A stretch of DNA of 64,000 bases from Tubulanus polymorphus (taxonomy: Eukaryota; Animalia; Nemertea), in contig NC_134028.1 in NCBI RefSeq assembly GCF_964204645.1, positions 7,378,001-7,442,000 of the forward strand, given 5' to 3'. Within the stretch, counting starts at the first letter, position 1. Every line of letters starts with the position of its first letter. Below the pieces are notes generated by a model, which saw nothing but the letters and a program-made list of their open reading frames with translations, had not been told where the DNA came from and searched no databases. The translations under genes were made by a program, and so were the position numbers. Positions 11,290 through 25,508 of the stretch are shown piece by piece.

Positions 11290-13037
11290 GCGACTCGATA
11301 GCCCGTTGGATAGTTTTATCGATCTCATCGTCGATTGGATCGGGAGACCTTCGGAACCTCGGAACGGCGAACACTGAAACCGTCAATAACTGGAGAAAGA
11401 AATCAGATATTTCGTCGGAAAATGTTCAGTTATTTATTGTGTTTTTAGATTTTCATTATAAATTGCAACTTTGCAATACGTAAAATCATGCACACGTACA
11501 TGCACTTATTTTACACAAAAAAACTAAAACACCAATAAGGCCAATTGAGTTGGGACCTTTGAACTATCAGAATCGTTTGTGAAATCCAGAAACAGAAGTT
11601 ATTACGATATCAAAACTAAAAGACAGTCTAGTATATCGAGGATCGAAAATATGAGGTATATATGATTTGAAAAGGGATCCGTCAAAGGATGATCAAATGA
11701 AAATTAAGATCATCACAAGTTTTGAATGATAAAAACAAAAGAATTTCACACAAGGAATGAAAGTATCTCGACAGATAAAATGATTTTACAAAACAAATTA
11801 TGAATCAATCCTACTTACAAGCATAAACAATAAGCCATCAAAGTACCAGTGTAAGTTAGACATACTGTGGCCTTTGATGATTTCAACTCGGAGGAGAATT
11901 CTATAGGATATCGATACGAACAAGCGTGTCTAATGTCAAAAGGTTGCATCTGTTTCCCGAGCAAATATCGGTTCGCTGAATTTATACGCACCGACATTAA
12001 TTCAGTCCGCTTAATTTTGCAAGATATTTTTAAATGATTTTTTATTACCCGATATATCGTGTTTTCTACATTCGCAAAATCAAAAATGATTCTTTTCTTA
12101 TTGGTTTACCAGTTAGCCTGAATGTGCATTGTATGGTCGTGTTTGTAGTAGCAAAAGACATATTCTAACCATTGCGTATATGTAATATTTGATAAAACAA
12201 ATTGATATCACTATTTTCTGTTTGCATTCTGCATTTCCATTGCATTTTGTGAGAATTCATACTGATTTACCAGCGGAGAAAGGACGCTTGCGGCGTCACT
12301 GAGGAAAGCTGATAGATTATAAAAATCATCGGTACTGGATAGTAAGTGATTGGATTTTTTCACTTAAATGTCTATATAATTTAGCAGCAAGCAAGAAAGA
12401 CAGGAAAATCAAAACTAAATGAAAACTAAATGAAATTCATCCTCAATCTCAGCTACTAGATTACATCATTTATACAAATGCGGTGATTATGGTATCTTGG
12501 GTACAACCCTGCGCCCTTTCTCTTCGACTAACGTAATGACTAGAACATCCCTCACCATCCATCCTTTAGGTATAAATCGAGATACAGTTCATACTTTTAA
12601 ACTCCTATCTTAAATTTACAAAAACATCTTGCTTGTCCCAAACAACGTTTCAGCACACATTTCTAGCAAAAGAAGCCTAGTCAATTCTACTGTGATAAAC
12701 ATGATGTTATCCAACATTTGTATGTACATCTTTTTCCTAAACTTCTCAAGTTAGTTTTTCGGATATTTTTTTCGATGATTGAATAAACAGTGGCTGAATA
12801 GCATTACCATCAAATGCACCACACTCGAAATATCGACTTTTCTATCAAGCTACAGTTGTCGATATAGTGTTGCACACATACATTTCTTGTTAGGGTCGAA
12901 GGATGTTTTCTATGAAATTATGAGATATAAATCTACGTGCGCGGGATTTCAACTACTCACACGTCGAATCGCTGGTAATTGGTACGTAGAGGGTGTCAGC
13001 CAATCGCTCGTGTCACTGCATATAGTCGCTGAACACA

Positions 13038-14132
13038 ATGCGAAATACCAGCGCAGTCGTAAAATCGACTGATTGTGAGAAATGGAAAAAGGAACGTATC
13101 AGATGGGATTTTAAGTTCAGCGTATTGGCATACATCTATTTCGTTGGACCAGTAACACTCTTTAGTATGATATTTAACAGCTTTACTTTCATCATTTTGA
13201 ACACGATGAAAAGTCGTTCTTATTATCTAGTAAAAGCCGTAGCTGTCAATGATGTTCTGTATTCGTTTTTCGTATTCGTCATGTACCCGCTGAGGACCAC
13301 TCATGTTTACCGGCTTCTTGGAGATATTGTTTTTCGTGTGGATGACTGGAATTTCGGTAGAGCGTTTGTAAAAGTTTCTCACGGAGGTTATTACATATTC
13401 CTTCTCACTCGTAACTGGTGTGTTTTCTTGTTGAGTTTTGAGAGGTGCGTTATTGTATTGTTTCCGCTGAAATCACGTCTCTTTTGGAATAGAAAAGTTG
13501 TCAATTCTCTGTTGGCGATCATACACCTCGGTTCAGTAGCGATGTACTTTCCTCACCTCGTTCCTAAATCAAATTTCTATTTTGCAAAGCCTTGTGGTGA
13601 ATCAGGACCGACCGTAAGTATGGCTAAACATCTCCCACTATGGCATTTTCCAGAATTGCACGCAATAATTAAGGCATGGAGGCGAGCGATCTTGAAATGG
13701 CCGGAATTCATTATTGGAGTGATGGTTCCAATGATATTCCTGTGTATAACAAACACAGCCTTAATCGTTAATCTGTTAATTAAACAAAAAACACGCGATA
13801 AAATGCTGCACACGCAAAAAACTGAAAACCAAACGGAATCGATTACAATAGAAAAACGAGTGATGCGAATGGTTATAACGGTTGTTTCTGTTTACATCGC
13901 ATGCGAGTCAGTGTTTCTTATTGACCGACTCATTTCTAATAACTACATAAACTTGAAGGGCAGATACAAATACGGAATGGTTGTGAGGAAAACGGGTATT
14001 GGACTGACTGTGGTGGATTCGTGTGCCAACTTTCTTATTTATAGCATAACGAACCCCAATTTCAGGCAAGCTGGTTTGAAATTATTACTGGGCTTTGTCA
14101 ATCGCCTGACGCCTCGTGTCTGTTGTCGATGA
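13038..14132 (+). CDS. Intronless class A GPCR, FMRFamide/peptide-receptor-like (copy A)
   Basis: 364 aa, 7 TM; TM2 VAVND, TM3 LSFER, TM6 YIACE, TM7 DSCANFLIY, helix 8 NPNFR, C-terminal CC. Confidence 0.9.
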   Translation: MRNTSAVVKSTDCEKWKKERIRWDFKFSVLAYIYFVGPVTLFSMIFNSFTFIILNTMKSRSYYLVKAVAVNDVLYSFFVFVMYPLRTTHVYRLLGDIVFRVDDWNFGRAFVKVSHGGYYIFLLTRNWCVFLLSFERCVIVLFPLKSRLFWNRKVVNSLLAIIHLGSVAMYFPHLVPKSNFYFAKPCGESGPTVSMAKHLPLWHFPELHAIIKAWRRAILKWPEFIIGVMVPMIFLCITNTALIVNLLIKQKTRDKMLHTQKTENQTESITIEKRVMRMVITVVSVYIACESVFLIDRLISNNYINLKGRYKYGMVVRKTGIGLTVVDSCANFLIYSITNPNFRQAGLKLLLGFVNRLTPRVCCR

Positions 14133-14309
14133 CCGTATATTGTTTCGTAAATACACGAATACATCTAATTTTCACAGCCCTTTCCGGTGGTATACTGCTG
14201 CAGGACACACCAGATCGCGGGATTTCCAGTCGACACACTAATATTACACATTCCCAACGTCAGTATCTAACATAGAATAATACGTATTGCTTGGTGATCG
14301 AAGAATTGC

Positions 14310-14605
14310 TTTTTGACGCCGTAAAAACTCTCTTAAACTAATGTTTATATTACATTGATACCTAGTATGCGTTATCTAAGGGTTATGTGGAGTCGATGTG
14401 CGCTACGTCATCAATATTGGAGTTTCAAAATAGCAATCACAATTATTACATTTTCCATCTATTCTATATTCAAAAATATTTCATGACTCATATTTCATAA
14501 CATTTATTTTCGATAAATTTTGATGATTATCTTTTGAGGATGTGCACTCCGTCATCAATATATTAGGGCTAGGGTCAATACGATTCAATTCAATTATCGA
14601 TATAG
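14310..14605 (+). repeat. Dispersed ~290-bp repeat family (other copies ~17867-18160 +, ~44160-44455 -, ~48700-48897 +, ~54890-55005 -)
   Basis: Shared motifs TTTTGACGCCGTAAAAAC, TACATTGATACCTAGTATGCGTTAT, a twice-repeated GATGTGCRCTACGTCATCAATAT, and CAATTCAATT. Confidence 0.7.
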
Positions 14606-14716
14606 ACAAATCCAAAATAATTCATTGAACCTTTAAATGTTGCATGATTGTACAATATATTATTTGTTATGTATCATTCATTGTCGATAATTTGTACGTT
14701 ATAAATGTGGACGAAG

Positions 14717-14835
14717 ATAGTGTCAACTGGTTGTTTGCTATCATTCACTTCGGTTCACTAGCCGTTTACTTTCTTAACCTCATCCCAAGAACGCCCTCTC
14801 TTCTTTGCAAAACCTATTGCCCACATTGGCCAAAT
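14717..14835 (+). pseudogene. Degenerate GPCR TM4-ECL2 fragment related to the adjacent receptor
   Basis: Translation SVNWLFAIIHFGSLAVYFLNLIPR aligns with receptor VVNSLLAIIHLGSVAMYFPHLVPK; no other TM segments follow. Confidence 0.7.
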
Positions 14836-15317
14836 GAAACAAGATAATGATGAATCAAAGATTGTTCCTCTTGTATATAACCAGGGTGATTCCGAGGGTA
14901 TATAAGGTACTGTTTTGCAGTCGTTTTAAAGCCCCTGGCTAAATGTATGCATACGCACACCATGGTTTGTAAAACGCTGCAGCGCCGTGTCGGAAAATTA
15001 TTAGTTAAGAAACTCGAAAGAGATTTCAAAGCACCAAATAATGACAGTTTGCGTAGACTTCGTGCCTCTATTTTTCACAGTACTGATAATGCAGAACTAC
15101 CCCGGAGGCATCGAACCTGCACAATGCATATGGGTGCAGTTCAAAATAGCGATTGTTGAATATTTCCACTGGTGAACCTATTTATCAACTGAAAGTCAAA
15201 ACATCAGGGACAATCCGTCGAACTTGGTCCTGAATTGAATTCTCAAAATTTTCGTGGTTCCAAATTTACCTAATCGAAAATAAGAACACTTAAGGATACA
15301 TTTACACCAATAAATCA

Positions 15318-15547
<230 letters not shown>

Positions 15548-16135
15548 CGGTTAGAAATACCATAGAGGTATTCCCTTACACTTCTATGGAAATACCTATA
15601 CAAAGAGAGATGCAATTATATATCATTATTCACCTTAGTAACGTGAAGTTTATGATATCGTAGGTAGTACTCTACAACGCGAGTCTGAAATGATATAGAC
15701 TCAGAACCAAATATTGATTCGAATACTTTGATAATGATGGGTTTGCGTGAAACGTGTATGAAAACTTTACACATAAAGGATTGTAAGCGAACAGCCGAAC
15801 AACTAACTGTTCGTTTACAGTTCTATGATTTACACCATGCATAAATATTAATTTCAAGAATTTCGTCTCCCGTAATAAGACGCTGACACCAGCCGATCGA
15901 CCAGGCCAATGAGCCTGCCCACATGGATGCACTATGAATTGTGTAATAATTAGAATTTAAAATATTTTCTTTCATTGTAAACATGAATTTGAATTTGTGG
16001 TAATCACACTGTTGGCGACTAAATCCAGCATGACTGGAAACCTGAAATCCCAATGACGAGACAATCGCTCATTCAAAGGTTGCGCATTCACTAGTCCTCA
16101 ATCCTCAACCTAGATAATCCTGCGCACGCAAATAA

Positions 16136-16517
<382 letters not shown>

Positions 16518-16588
16518 CAAAACATCAAAACCATTTGTAAAATCTAACAGCCAATCGCTCGCGTCACTGCATATAGTCGCTGAACACA

Positions 16589-17683
16589 ATGCGAAATACC
16601 AGCGCAGTCGTAGAATCGACTGATTGTGAGAAATGGAAAAAGGAACGTATCAGATGGGATTTTAAGTTCAGCGTATTGGCATACATCTATTTCGTTGGAC
16701 CAGTAACACTCTTCAGTATGATATTTAACAGCTTTACTTTCATCATTTTGAACACGATGAAAAGTCATTCTTATTATCTAGTAAAAGCCGTAGCTGTCAA
16801 TGATGTTCTGTATTCGTTTTTCGTATTCGTCATGTACCCGCTGAGGACCACTCATGTTTACCGGCTTCTTGGAGATATTGTTTTTCGTGTGGATGACTGG
16901 AATTTCGGTAGAGCGTTTGTAAAAGTTTCTCACGGAGGTTATTACATATTCCTTCTCACTCGTAACTGGTGTGTTTTCTTGTTGAGTTTTGAGAGGTGCG
17001 TTATTGTATTGTTTCCGTTGAAATCCCGTATTTTTTGGAATAGAAAAGTTGTCAATTTGTTGTTAGCGATCATACACCTCGGTTCAGTAGCCATGTACTT
17101 TCCTCACCTCGTTCCTAGATCAAATTTCTATTTTGCAAAGCCTTGCGGTGAATCAGGACCGACCGTAAGTATGGTAAAAAAACTCCCACTATGGCATTTT
17201 CGAGAATTGCGCACAATATTTAAGGCATGGAGGCGGGCGATCTTGAAATGGCCGGAATTCTTAATTGGAGTTATGGTTCCAATGATATTGCTGTGTATAA
17301 CAAACACAGCCTTAATCGTTAATCTGTTAATAAAACAAAAAACACGCGATAAAATGCTGCACACGCAAAAAACTGAAAACCAAACGGAATCGATTACAAT
17401 AGAAAAACGAGTGATGAGAATGGTTATAACGGTTGTTTCTGTTTACATCGCATGCGAGTCAGTGTTTCTTATTGACCGACTCATTTCTAAAAACTACATA
17501 AACTTGAAGGGCAGATACAAATACGGAATGGTTGTGAGGAAAACGGGTATTGGACTTACTGTGGTAGATTCGTGCGCCAACTTTCTTATTTATAGCATAA
17601 CGAACCCCAATTTCAGGCAAGCTGGTTTGAAATTATTACTGGGCTTTGTCAATCGCCTGACGCCTCGTGTCTGTTGTCGATGA
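16589..17683 (+). CDS. Intronless class A GPCR, tandem paralog (copy B)
   Basis: 364 aa, same motifs as copy A; 14 amino-acid differences counted by eye. Confidence 0.9.
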   Translation: MRNTSAVVESTDCEKWKKERIRWDFKFSVLAYIYFVGPVTLFSMIFNSFTFIILNTMKSHSYYLVKAVAVNDVLYSFFVFVMYPLRTTHVYRLLGDIVFRVDDWNFGRAFVKVSHGGYYIFLLTRNWCVFLLSFERCVIVLFPLKSRIFWNRKVVNLLLAIIHLGSVAMYFPHLVPRSNFYFAKPCGESGPTVSMVKKLPLWHFRELRTIFKAWRRAILKWPEFLIGVMVPMILLCITNTALIVNLLIKQKTRDKMLHTQKTENQTESITIEKRVMRMVITVVSVYIACESVFLIDRLISKNYINLKGRYKYGMVVRKTGIGLTVVDSCANFLIYSITNPNFRQAGLKLLLGFVNRLTPRVCCR

Positions 17684-18271
17684 CCGTATATTGTTTCGTA
17701 AATACATGAATACATCTAATTTTCACAGCTCTTATCCGGTGGTATACTGCTGCAGGACACACCACACCGTGGGATTTCCAGTCGACACACAGCCTAATAT
17801 TACACATTCCCAACATCAGTATCTAACATAGACTAATACGTATTGCTTGGTGATCGAAGAATTGCTTTTTGACGCCGTAAAAACTCTTAAACTAATGTTT
17901 ATATTACATTGATACCTAGTATGTGTTATCTAAGGGTTATGTGGAGTCGATGTGAACTGCGTCATCAATATTGGAGTTTCAAAATAGCAATCACAATTAT
18001 TACATTTTGCATCTATTCTATATTCAAAAATATTTCATGACTCATATTTCATAACATTTATTTTCGATAAGTTTTGATGATTATCTTTTGAGGATGTGTG
18101 CACTCCGTCATAAATATATTAGGGCTAGGATCAATACGATTCAATTCAATTATCGATATAGACAAATCCAAAATAATTCATTGAACCTTTAAATGTTGCA
18201 TGATTGTACGATATATTATTTGTTATATATCATTCATTGTCGATAATTTTAATGTTATAAACGTGGACGAA

Positions 18272-18388
18272 AATAGTGTCAACCGGTTGTTGGTTATCAT
18301 ACACTTCGGTTCACTAGCCGTTTACTTTCTTAACCTCGTCCCAAGAGCGTCTTCTTTGCAAAACCTATTGCCCACATTGGCCAAATGA
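18272..18388 (+). pseudogene. Duplicate copy of the degenerate GPCR TM4 fragment
   Basis: SVNRLLVIIHFGSLAVYFLNLVPR, frameshifted afterwards relative to the 14.7-kb copy. Confidence 0.7.
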
Positions 18389-19444
18389 AACGAGATAATG
18401 ATGAATCAAAGATCGTTCATCTTGTATATAACCAGGGTGATTCCGAGGGTATATAAGGTACTGTTTTGCAGTCGTTTTAAAGCCCCTGGCTAAATGTATG
18501 CATACGTACACCATGGTTTGTAAAACGCTGCAGCGCCGTGTCGGAAAATTATTAGTTTAGAAACTCGAAAGAGATTTCAAAGCACCAAATAATGACAGTG
18601 TGCATAGACTTCGTGCCTCTATTTTTCACAGTACTGATAATGCAAAACTACCACGGAGGCATCGAACTCGTACAATGCAAATGGGTGCAGTTCAAAATAG
18701 CGATAGTTGAATATTTCCACAGGTGAACATATTTCAACTGAAAGTCTAAACATCACGGAAAACCCGTCGAACTTGGTCCCGAATTGAATTCTCAAAATAA
18801 ACGTAGGTTTCAAATGTACCTAATCGAAAATAAGAACACTTAAGAATACATTTACCTCAATAAATCAATACTGATCCTTAATTTAACATCTCCCTTCACT
18901 CGCTGCTCCAACGCAGTCAGAACATCAGAGTCGAATATTTCAAATGATAGTAAGTTTATTCAATATTTTTACACATTATAAAACAACTTTCTACAAAATG
19001 TGAACTCATGCCCACATAATTTCGATTAACTAAAAAAATGTATCACAGTTGAAAATGTTTTAGAAAAGGACGAATTTTAAGTCGAATAGTATTGACGATT
19101 TAGCATGTAAAATTGTCTAAAGTAGGACAGGTCCACACATCCTGGCTGGTTGCATTGATTGATGACACAGGATGGTGCTCCGGGGATCTAAGTTTTGGTC
19201 GGAAATTTCGAAATCTCTTAGAACATTTCTTAGGAGTTTGGCGTTGTCGTTCTCCTACTTGCCAACGCACAAAATCCGTATCTTACGCTTTCTAACTGCA
19301 TGTTGAAATATCTTTCGACACACTTATGAGAAATGGATATCACATAAATTCATATCCCCGAAGAGTCTCCTTAAAACAAAAGTTAATTCGTATAATCTTG
19401 GCTTGACTAAGTTTCGAAAAGTGTTGTCCGGTTTTAGTTAGTCG

Positions 19445-22400
19445 TTAGACCGTAGCTTCTGTCGGGTTCCAGGCCTTATTCTCGTCGGCTAGCATACACT
19501 GGGTCGTTGGACGCGATCCGTTGGTCATCCTCAGTTTTGGTCCACTTTTTGCAGTACCCGGCGGGCCGCTGCTGGTGGCTGTTTTGAAAACTTGAGAAGT
19601 CGGTGGACGGGCATCTGTAAATGAAAATAAAGCATCCGACTTAAACGAAAATTTCATACGTCGTTTACGTTAAGACAATCCCCGATACACTATATAATAC
19701 TTACTATTTTCAGCAGGAATCGGATCTGGTTTTTTCAATATCTCGGGCAACGGTTCGATGCTGGTTGTTCTCAGATCTCCGTTCTCATCTCGTGTTACTC
19801 GCTGTCTGGAGAAACGACCGTCAGCAATACTCAATCTGGAAATAGTGTACATACAATTAGGAAACTCAATCTATTTCTTCAGACTTGATTGAACGATATA
19901 GCATACACAGTTTTGCAAGATACAAGATTTGTTTTTTTTTCTGAAGTTAACCTTTCAACGATTTTCTCGATGAATTCGTCTTGTTCTTTGTTGGTTGGTT
20001 CGTCCCCATTTTGGGTCGTCCAGTTTTCACCGGGTAAAGCTGTGGCCGGTTTTTCCAGTAATTCTTCAGGCACTTCGTGTGTGCCGGCATCCTCTTGGTT
20101 GAGCGCGGCTCGCACTAAATCCAAAGCCATGTTCTTTTCTAGAATTAGAAAAAAACAGGTTCCAATCATTTCTAATTCCGTGTGGAATTGCATTTTAATT
20201 CAGATAATATGTTGACGGTGTTGAGATGACTTACCGATGTCGCCAGCGGAACAGAGCCAAGCTTGAACTGCATTTAAATCCTCAACTTGCAGTATCTGAC
20301 ACAGCATTGTTAGAACCTTTAAAACATATTAATGCAAAACTATGCGCAAGCTGAGACAAGACATCACGTGGTTCGGGGCTAGGCTGGAGCACAAAACCTG
20401 AGGCACACGATGCAGGGAAACTCAGAAAAATGGAAAACGATGTTTCCGAGATCAAACACGTTTCTGCCTCCTGTTTCCATGTTTCCCTGCGTTGTGTGCG
20501 CACACTACACTGGGAAACGCTCGGAAACATTGTTCTGTCTCCGGTTCGTGTGCGTTAGGCATGTGTGCCCATGTCCTCAAGTAATGAAATTCCCGAAATT
20601 CCCTTAAGTAAGTGCCATATTTACCATGGTTTCCATGTTACCCTCTTCAATGATATGTTCCAGTTCACGTCTGAATTTGTGCCTGGTTCCGGTACGACCA
20701 CGTGACATGGCACGTGATGCTGGTGGTATGAGTCGACCGGTGTTTGCCGAATATTGCGTCTTCGTGTGTCTTTCATTGTCTTGAGTTCTCGGTTTTTGTT
20801 TTTCGGGCGAGGGCGGGGGTATTAGAGCTTTTTCGGTGAATTCTCGCAGCTCATCTCTCCACGACTCGGTCACGGGGACTGTAAGATGCACATACATATA
20901 CATATGTTAATACCAATGAATCTATATCGAAGAAAGTGATTTCGTTGAAAGTGTAATCTAACGTAGCGTGTATGAAAGTTATGACTTTCTAAGGGAATGT
21001 ATTTCTACAATCATAATAACATAAATGATAATTCATTTTGTTTTATAGTGCAGTACAGTATGAAATAATCATTGCACTTGACAATTTTAACAATATAATA
21101 TCGTCAAGCATATCGAATATCTCTTTAAAAACATCAGTGGATTCATAAATGGTGAATTTTGTTCATCCAATTCATGACATTCATCGCTTCAATATATTGT
21201 ATTCTACGCTTTCTATCGATGGTGTATGCCTGAATAGATCCGGCTTAATGCCGTAAATGTTCACATCAAAATCATATTACAGCATTGACAGAAATATCGG
21301 ATTTGTGCATAAATTAATCATACACAGCCTCGCACAATTATGCAAACCTACCTAATCCAACCCGTGGTACTGCCCTTTCTCTCCACGGATAGTTCTGTAA
21401 ACCGGTCCAGTTTTGCATGCCTGTTACCGTGTTGATGGGATGTAGCTTTGTTTTTCCGATGTGTCCCGCATTGACGGGTATTCTCGGGATGTCCCGGGGT
21501 CGATGCTGAGGTGTGAACTGTTTAGGTGGAAGTTGTAACGAGTATCGCGGGTTCGCCATGTAGCCATCGTCGTTCACGGCGCAAATCGGTATGTCTAACA
21601 AACCTAAATACAAGAATGAATTTTTTTTGTAACTGATGAGTGCTTTGGTCTGTTTGGTTCGATTGTAATCCCAGGGGAGGATTCAGGGCGGGCCCCTATT
21701 TTTGGCCAAGATAACAATAACTGCATGGTTATTTTGTTTTACAGAATCCCTTTTAGGATGCTCGGAAATTACTATAAGGTTTTTTTAATGGAAGAAATCG
21801 TACGATGATTTTTTCTACTGAAATATTATGTCAGCCATAATAAACATATACTAAATTCATTTCTTGAACTTTATCATTTGACAAACTGACAAAACATTTA
21901 CTTGTGATTTACCTACGTTTTTCATTTCATTTTTAAGTACGCGCGCATTTCTTACATACAGAGATATTCTTTATATATATATAATAAAACAAATCAAATC
22001 AGACATGACTCCATCGAAGAATTTGCTTTCATATTCACCGGGAAATCAACGGCGTTCTATTGACTGTGCGTTTTATTATGATATAAAACCTTTTCCTTTT
22101 ATCGACGATTGCTTAAGAAACAGACAAAAACCGTCGGCTGTCGCTACAGGTGTCTTTCACGAAAACGACACACTTTAACAGAATGAGTTGAATAGAGCTA
22201 CTTTTTACTTTTCTTCGACACAGTTCTGTAGCGGAATTGTTATCATTGTCGAAGTTGCGGTCTATTTATAAATTAGACGATTAGAATTAAGTCCGTATGT
22301 AAAGATCATTTTTATATATTACGTGTCGTCCTCAAAAGGTCTTTACCCTCCCCAAATTTCAATTTTGATCACGTAACCAACGCGTAACCTCGCAACAGGT

Positions 22401-22630
22401 ACAGCATATTGTCGTTGATTACCTTTGATATGCGTCACACGATTTGGATGAGGATTGTGCCTGGTGAAGAATGAATTCAGACTACGCTGGCCGAATCTAT
22501 AGCCCCCGGAACCCTGTGTACTCGGCCGCGACCCGCTCTTCGAGTGGAACGGCATATTTATGCCCTCTTGAAGTGAACTTCTGATCATTAGGGGAGCTTC
22601 GCTCGGTCTAAACACCTCCGATTGACTCAT
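19445..22630 (-). CDS. TBATA: TBATA/SPATIAL-family protein; exons 22630-22423, 21603-21352, 20878-20625, 20316-20235, 20138-19952, 19835-19705, 19614-19445
   Basis: Phase-compatible GT-AG exons give [59 protein letters not shown] and LTMLCQILQVEDLNAVQAWLCSAGDIEKNMALDLVRAAL, matching TBATA conserved blocks as recalled (no search run). Confidence 0.85.
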
Positions 22631-22773
22631 CTGAAATTGTGAAAAACCTACCGTATTAGATATTACTGTATTTTCCAAAACTAAACTCAATGAAAGAAAT
22701 ACAGCTTTGGATATTCTCAACTTTTTGCAGGGTTGAAATAGGAACTTTGGTATTAATTGATATTTTGTATATA

Positions 22774-22946
22774 CAGTGGAACCTCGTTAATACGAATATT
22801 TCGGGCAAAAGTGAAATTATCGTATTGAATGGGTTTCGTAGTGTCCAAAGCTTGATTGATTTAGATATCTTAGCTCGGACATGCCTTAGATCAACGTAAT
22901 GGACGGGCTTGTTCTCAAACAGAATCGTATTAACGAGGTTCGACAG
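22774..22946. mobile_element. Tc1/mariner-pogo-type MITE
   Basis: TA + CAGTGGAACCTCGTTAATACGA ... TCGTATTAACGAGGTTCGACAG terminal inverted repeats. Confidence 0.75.
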
Positions 22947-25270
22947 AATATATATACGACGACAATATAATGGACCGAAATCATTCAAAATTATTCATAC
23001 ATATACAATTAACTAATTGATACGAATATAAATTAATACAAGCATAATGATGTAATGAATCTTCGGATCTGTCCGGAGTTATTTTCCGTACAGTTCCAAT
23101 TTCCTAAGTTTATAGGGAAGAACAGATTGGAATAAAGAGCAACAAAACTACAGGACGCAGTTATCTGAAGAACATGTAAGCGTAAAGCGGTTCTACGAAG
23201 AAGTTTTGATAAGTCTCTGTGGTTCATTTGAATTTGAAATTTTTTCATTTTCACTGATTAAAGCCACGTCGATCTTAAGCTCTCAAAATTTTTCGTGAAA
23301 CCCAGACAGCTATTAAATGAGGCCGGGTCAAGGAATACGGACCGACGCAATCCCCTAGCAATTTCAAATCTTTAATTTGAGTTTTTGTTTTAATAAATAT
23401 GTAGCCTTTAGATTTTGTTACGAATGTCGTGTCTATATCTTGTACGTATGACAATCTGTCGTAATAGCACTAGAAAATAGAATATCCCTAATCGAATCAT
23501 TAGAAGCTATTATCAAACTGTATCAATCATTGAAAGGAAATATGCACTGGACTTGTTTCCATAATTGCGGAAACCAGCGGGTTTGTCATTTCGAAAACAA
23601 ATACACAGTTTTTAACTCAAGAAGTCGATTAATGGCGTTCCGGCTGCGGCTGCTGGCGTCATGACTACCGTATCGGTTTTAAAAAACGATGTCTATACCA
23701 ATCGCCGATAGAAGAATCTCGTATCCCCCAAGTGAAGGGAATAAGTAAACGGATTTCAGAAGCACCGATTAGTGAAGGCTGTCTTTATAAGCGTATCCGG
23801 CTTAGAGTTGGAAATTTCGTTCAATATTGACGAGGATTTTTTTTTTACCCGGTAGCTGCTTTCAGTCGGCACAATTACGTGAACTGATCGCCATAGATCC
23901 ATAAGAAGCAAATTTGCCATCATATGTTATCAACTTTGATTTTTGAAGAAAGTTAACAAAGTCCTCGCCAACGTGTACTAAGGCTAAACAAAAATGATAC
24001 CTTGTTTCTCCAAATCGACCGGGGCGTTTTGCAAAATGCAATGAAATCTGTAATCAATTTATTTCTATAGCTACTTACGGGAAAATTAACAGGTTATTTA
24101 CACGGTGTATAGGCTGACCGCCGGGTCAATTTTAAAGCTAAACAGAAAGGAGAAACAAAGTATAGATTTTTAGCCTAAATTTCAATTCTCGGAATCAATT
24201 TCAAATCCAATCAATATATAGGAAATGAAAATATTACGTTTAATCAATGGAAATGATTAGTTCTATACATCTATAGGGTTTTCAATTTTCATTGATTGTT
24301 CAACACATTTTAGTGGTAATCGTTTCAAAACTGATGAAAATAAGATCTTTTACACTAACCCTTCACCGAAGTTCGGCCTGTTAGATTGATGCGTCATGGT
24401 TAAAATCGATAGTTATATGAAGTACATGAGAACGGAATAAATCGATAAAAGGCAGAGGAAATACGTCTACTAAAAGGACAGATACTTGATTACGAAGGTT
24501 TGATGGTGTCAGACGATGTATTAGATACGTACCGGCCAGTGAGCTGGCTTATTGTAATATCCGGGCGTAAAATAGCCATTATGCATATTAGTCATGGCGA
24601 CGGCTGCAAAAACCCAAGAATTATATACGCAGTCAGGTATTGAAAACCGATATTTAGAAAAAATGTTTTAAGTAGATTTCGAGGCTGCTCGAGAAAGCGG
24701 CATTTGATTTCTTTAACAGAAACCAATATCGCGAGATTTTCACAAAGGCAGATAATTTACAGCATATTTCTACTGCAGTGTTTCACTAGTTCCAGAAACT
24801 CGGATTGGAGCCCTTGGTAATTCGTAGCATTTTAGTAAATTTCGTCGATTTATAGTTCATCAAGTTGGAACAGGATATGAAATGTTAGACCGTTCCGTTA
24901 CAGGATTCAGTATCGTGAATTGCTCTGATTATGCATGATTATGAATTATTTACTGTTGACATAATCGTTTCAGTATGGTTTGTGCGCACTGAGCGGTCCA
25001 GTGCGCCACAGTGGTCATTGTTCTGTATAGAATCCATTTTCAACCGCTTAATTCCCGTAATAACAATAATAACCTACGCGTAATTACAATATTGATGCCG
25101 GTCAATATATATGATGAATGTGTTTCGATATAAACAAAATCACCTAAGGCTATTCGTAACTAGTAAACAATCGCTGTTCTCGCCATAAACAAGATAAACT
25201 AGGTTCGAATTTGTAAAGTTTCTGATTCCAGTGCTAGACTAGCCTCACTTTGACGTGGAGAACAGATAAT

Positions 25271-25508
25271 AAGTTTAAAATCCAATATATACAGGATTTG
25301 AAAAATTAGAAAAACGAATTTTATTCCATAATTAAAATCAAAATACACGTCGTATTGAACTCTCAATAGAGATCATTGTTAGGTGTTGAGATCACACCTG
25401 ACGATGATCTCTAGTGAGAGCTAAAACGTCGTGCATTTTGGTTTTAATTCTTGATAAATGAAATTCGTTAAGTTTTTAAATTCTATATATAGTGGGTTTT
25501 TTAAACGT
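25271..25508. mobile_element. Palindromic mini-element with a decayed Penelope-type minimal hammerhead
   Basis: ~115-bp imperfect inverted arms centred at ~25390. The right arm reads CACAC-CTGACGA-TG-ATCTC/TAGT/GAGAG-CTAAAAC-GTC-GTG. Confidence 0.65.
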
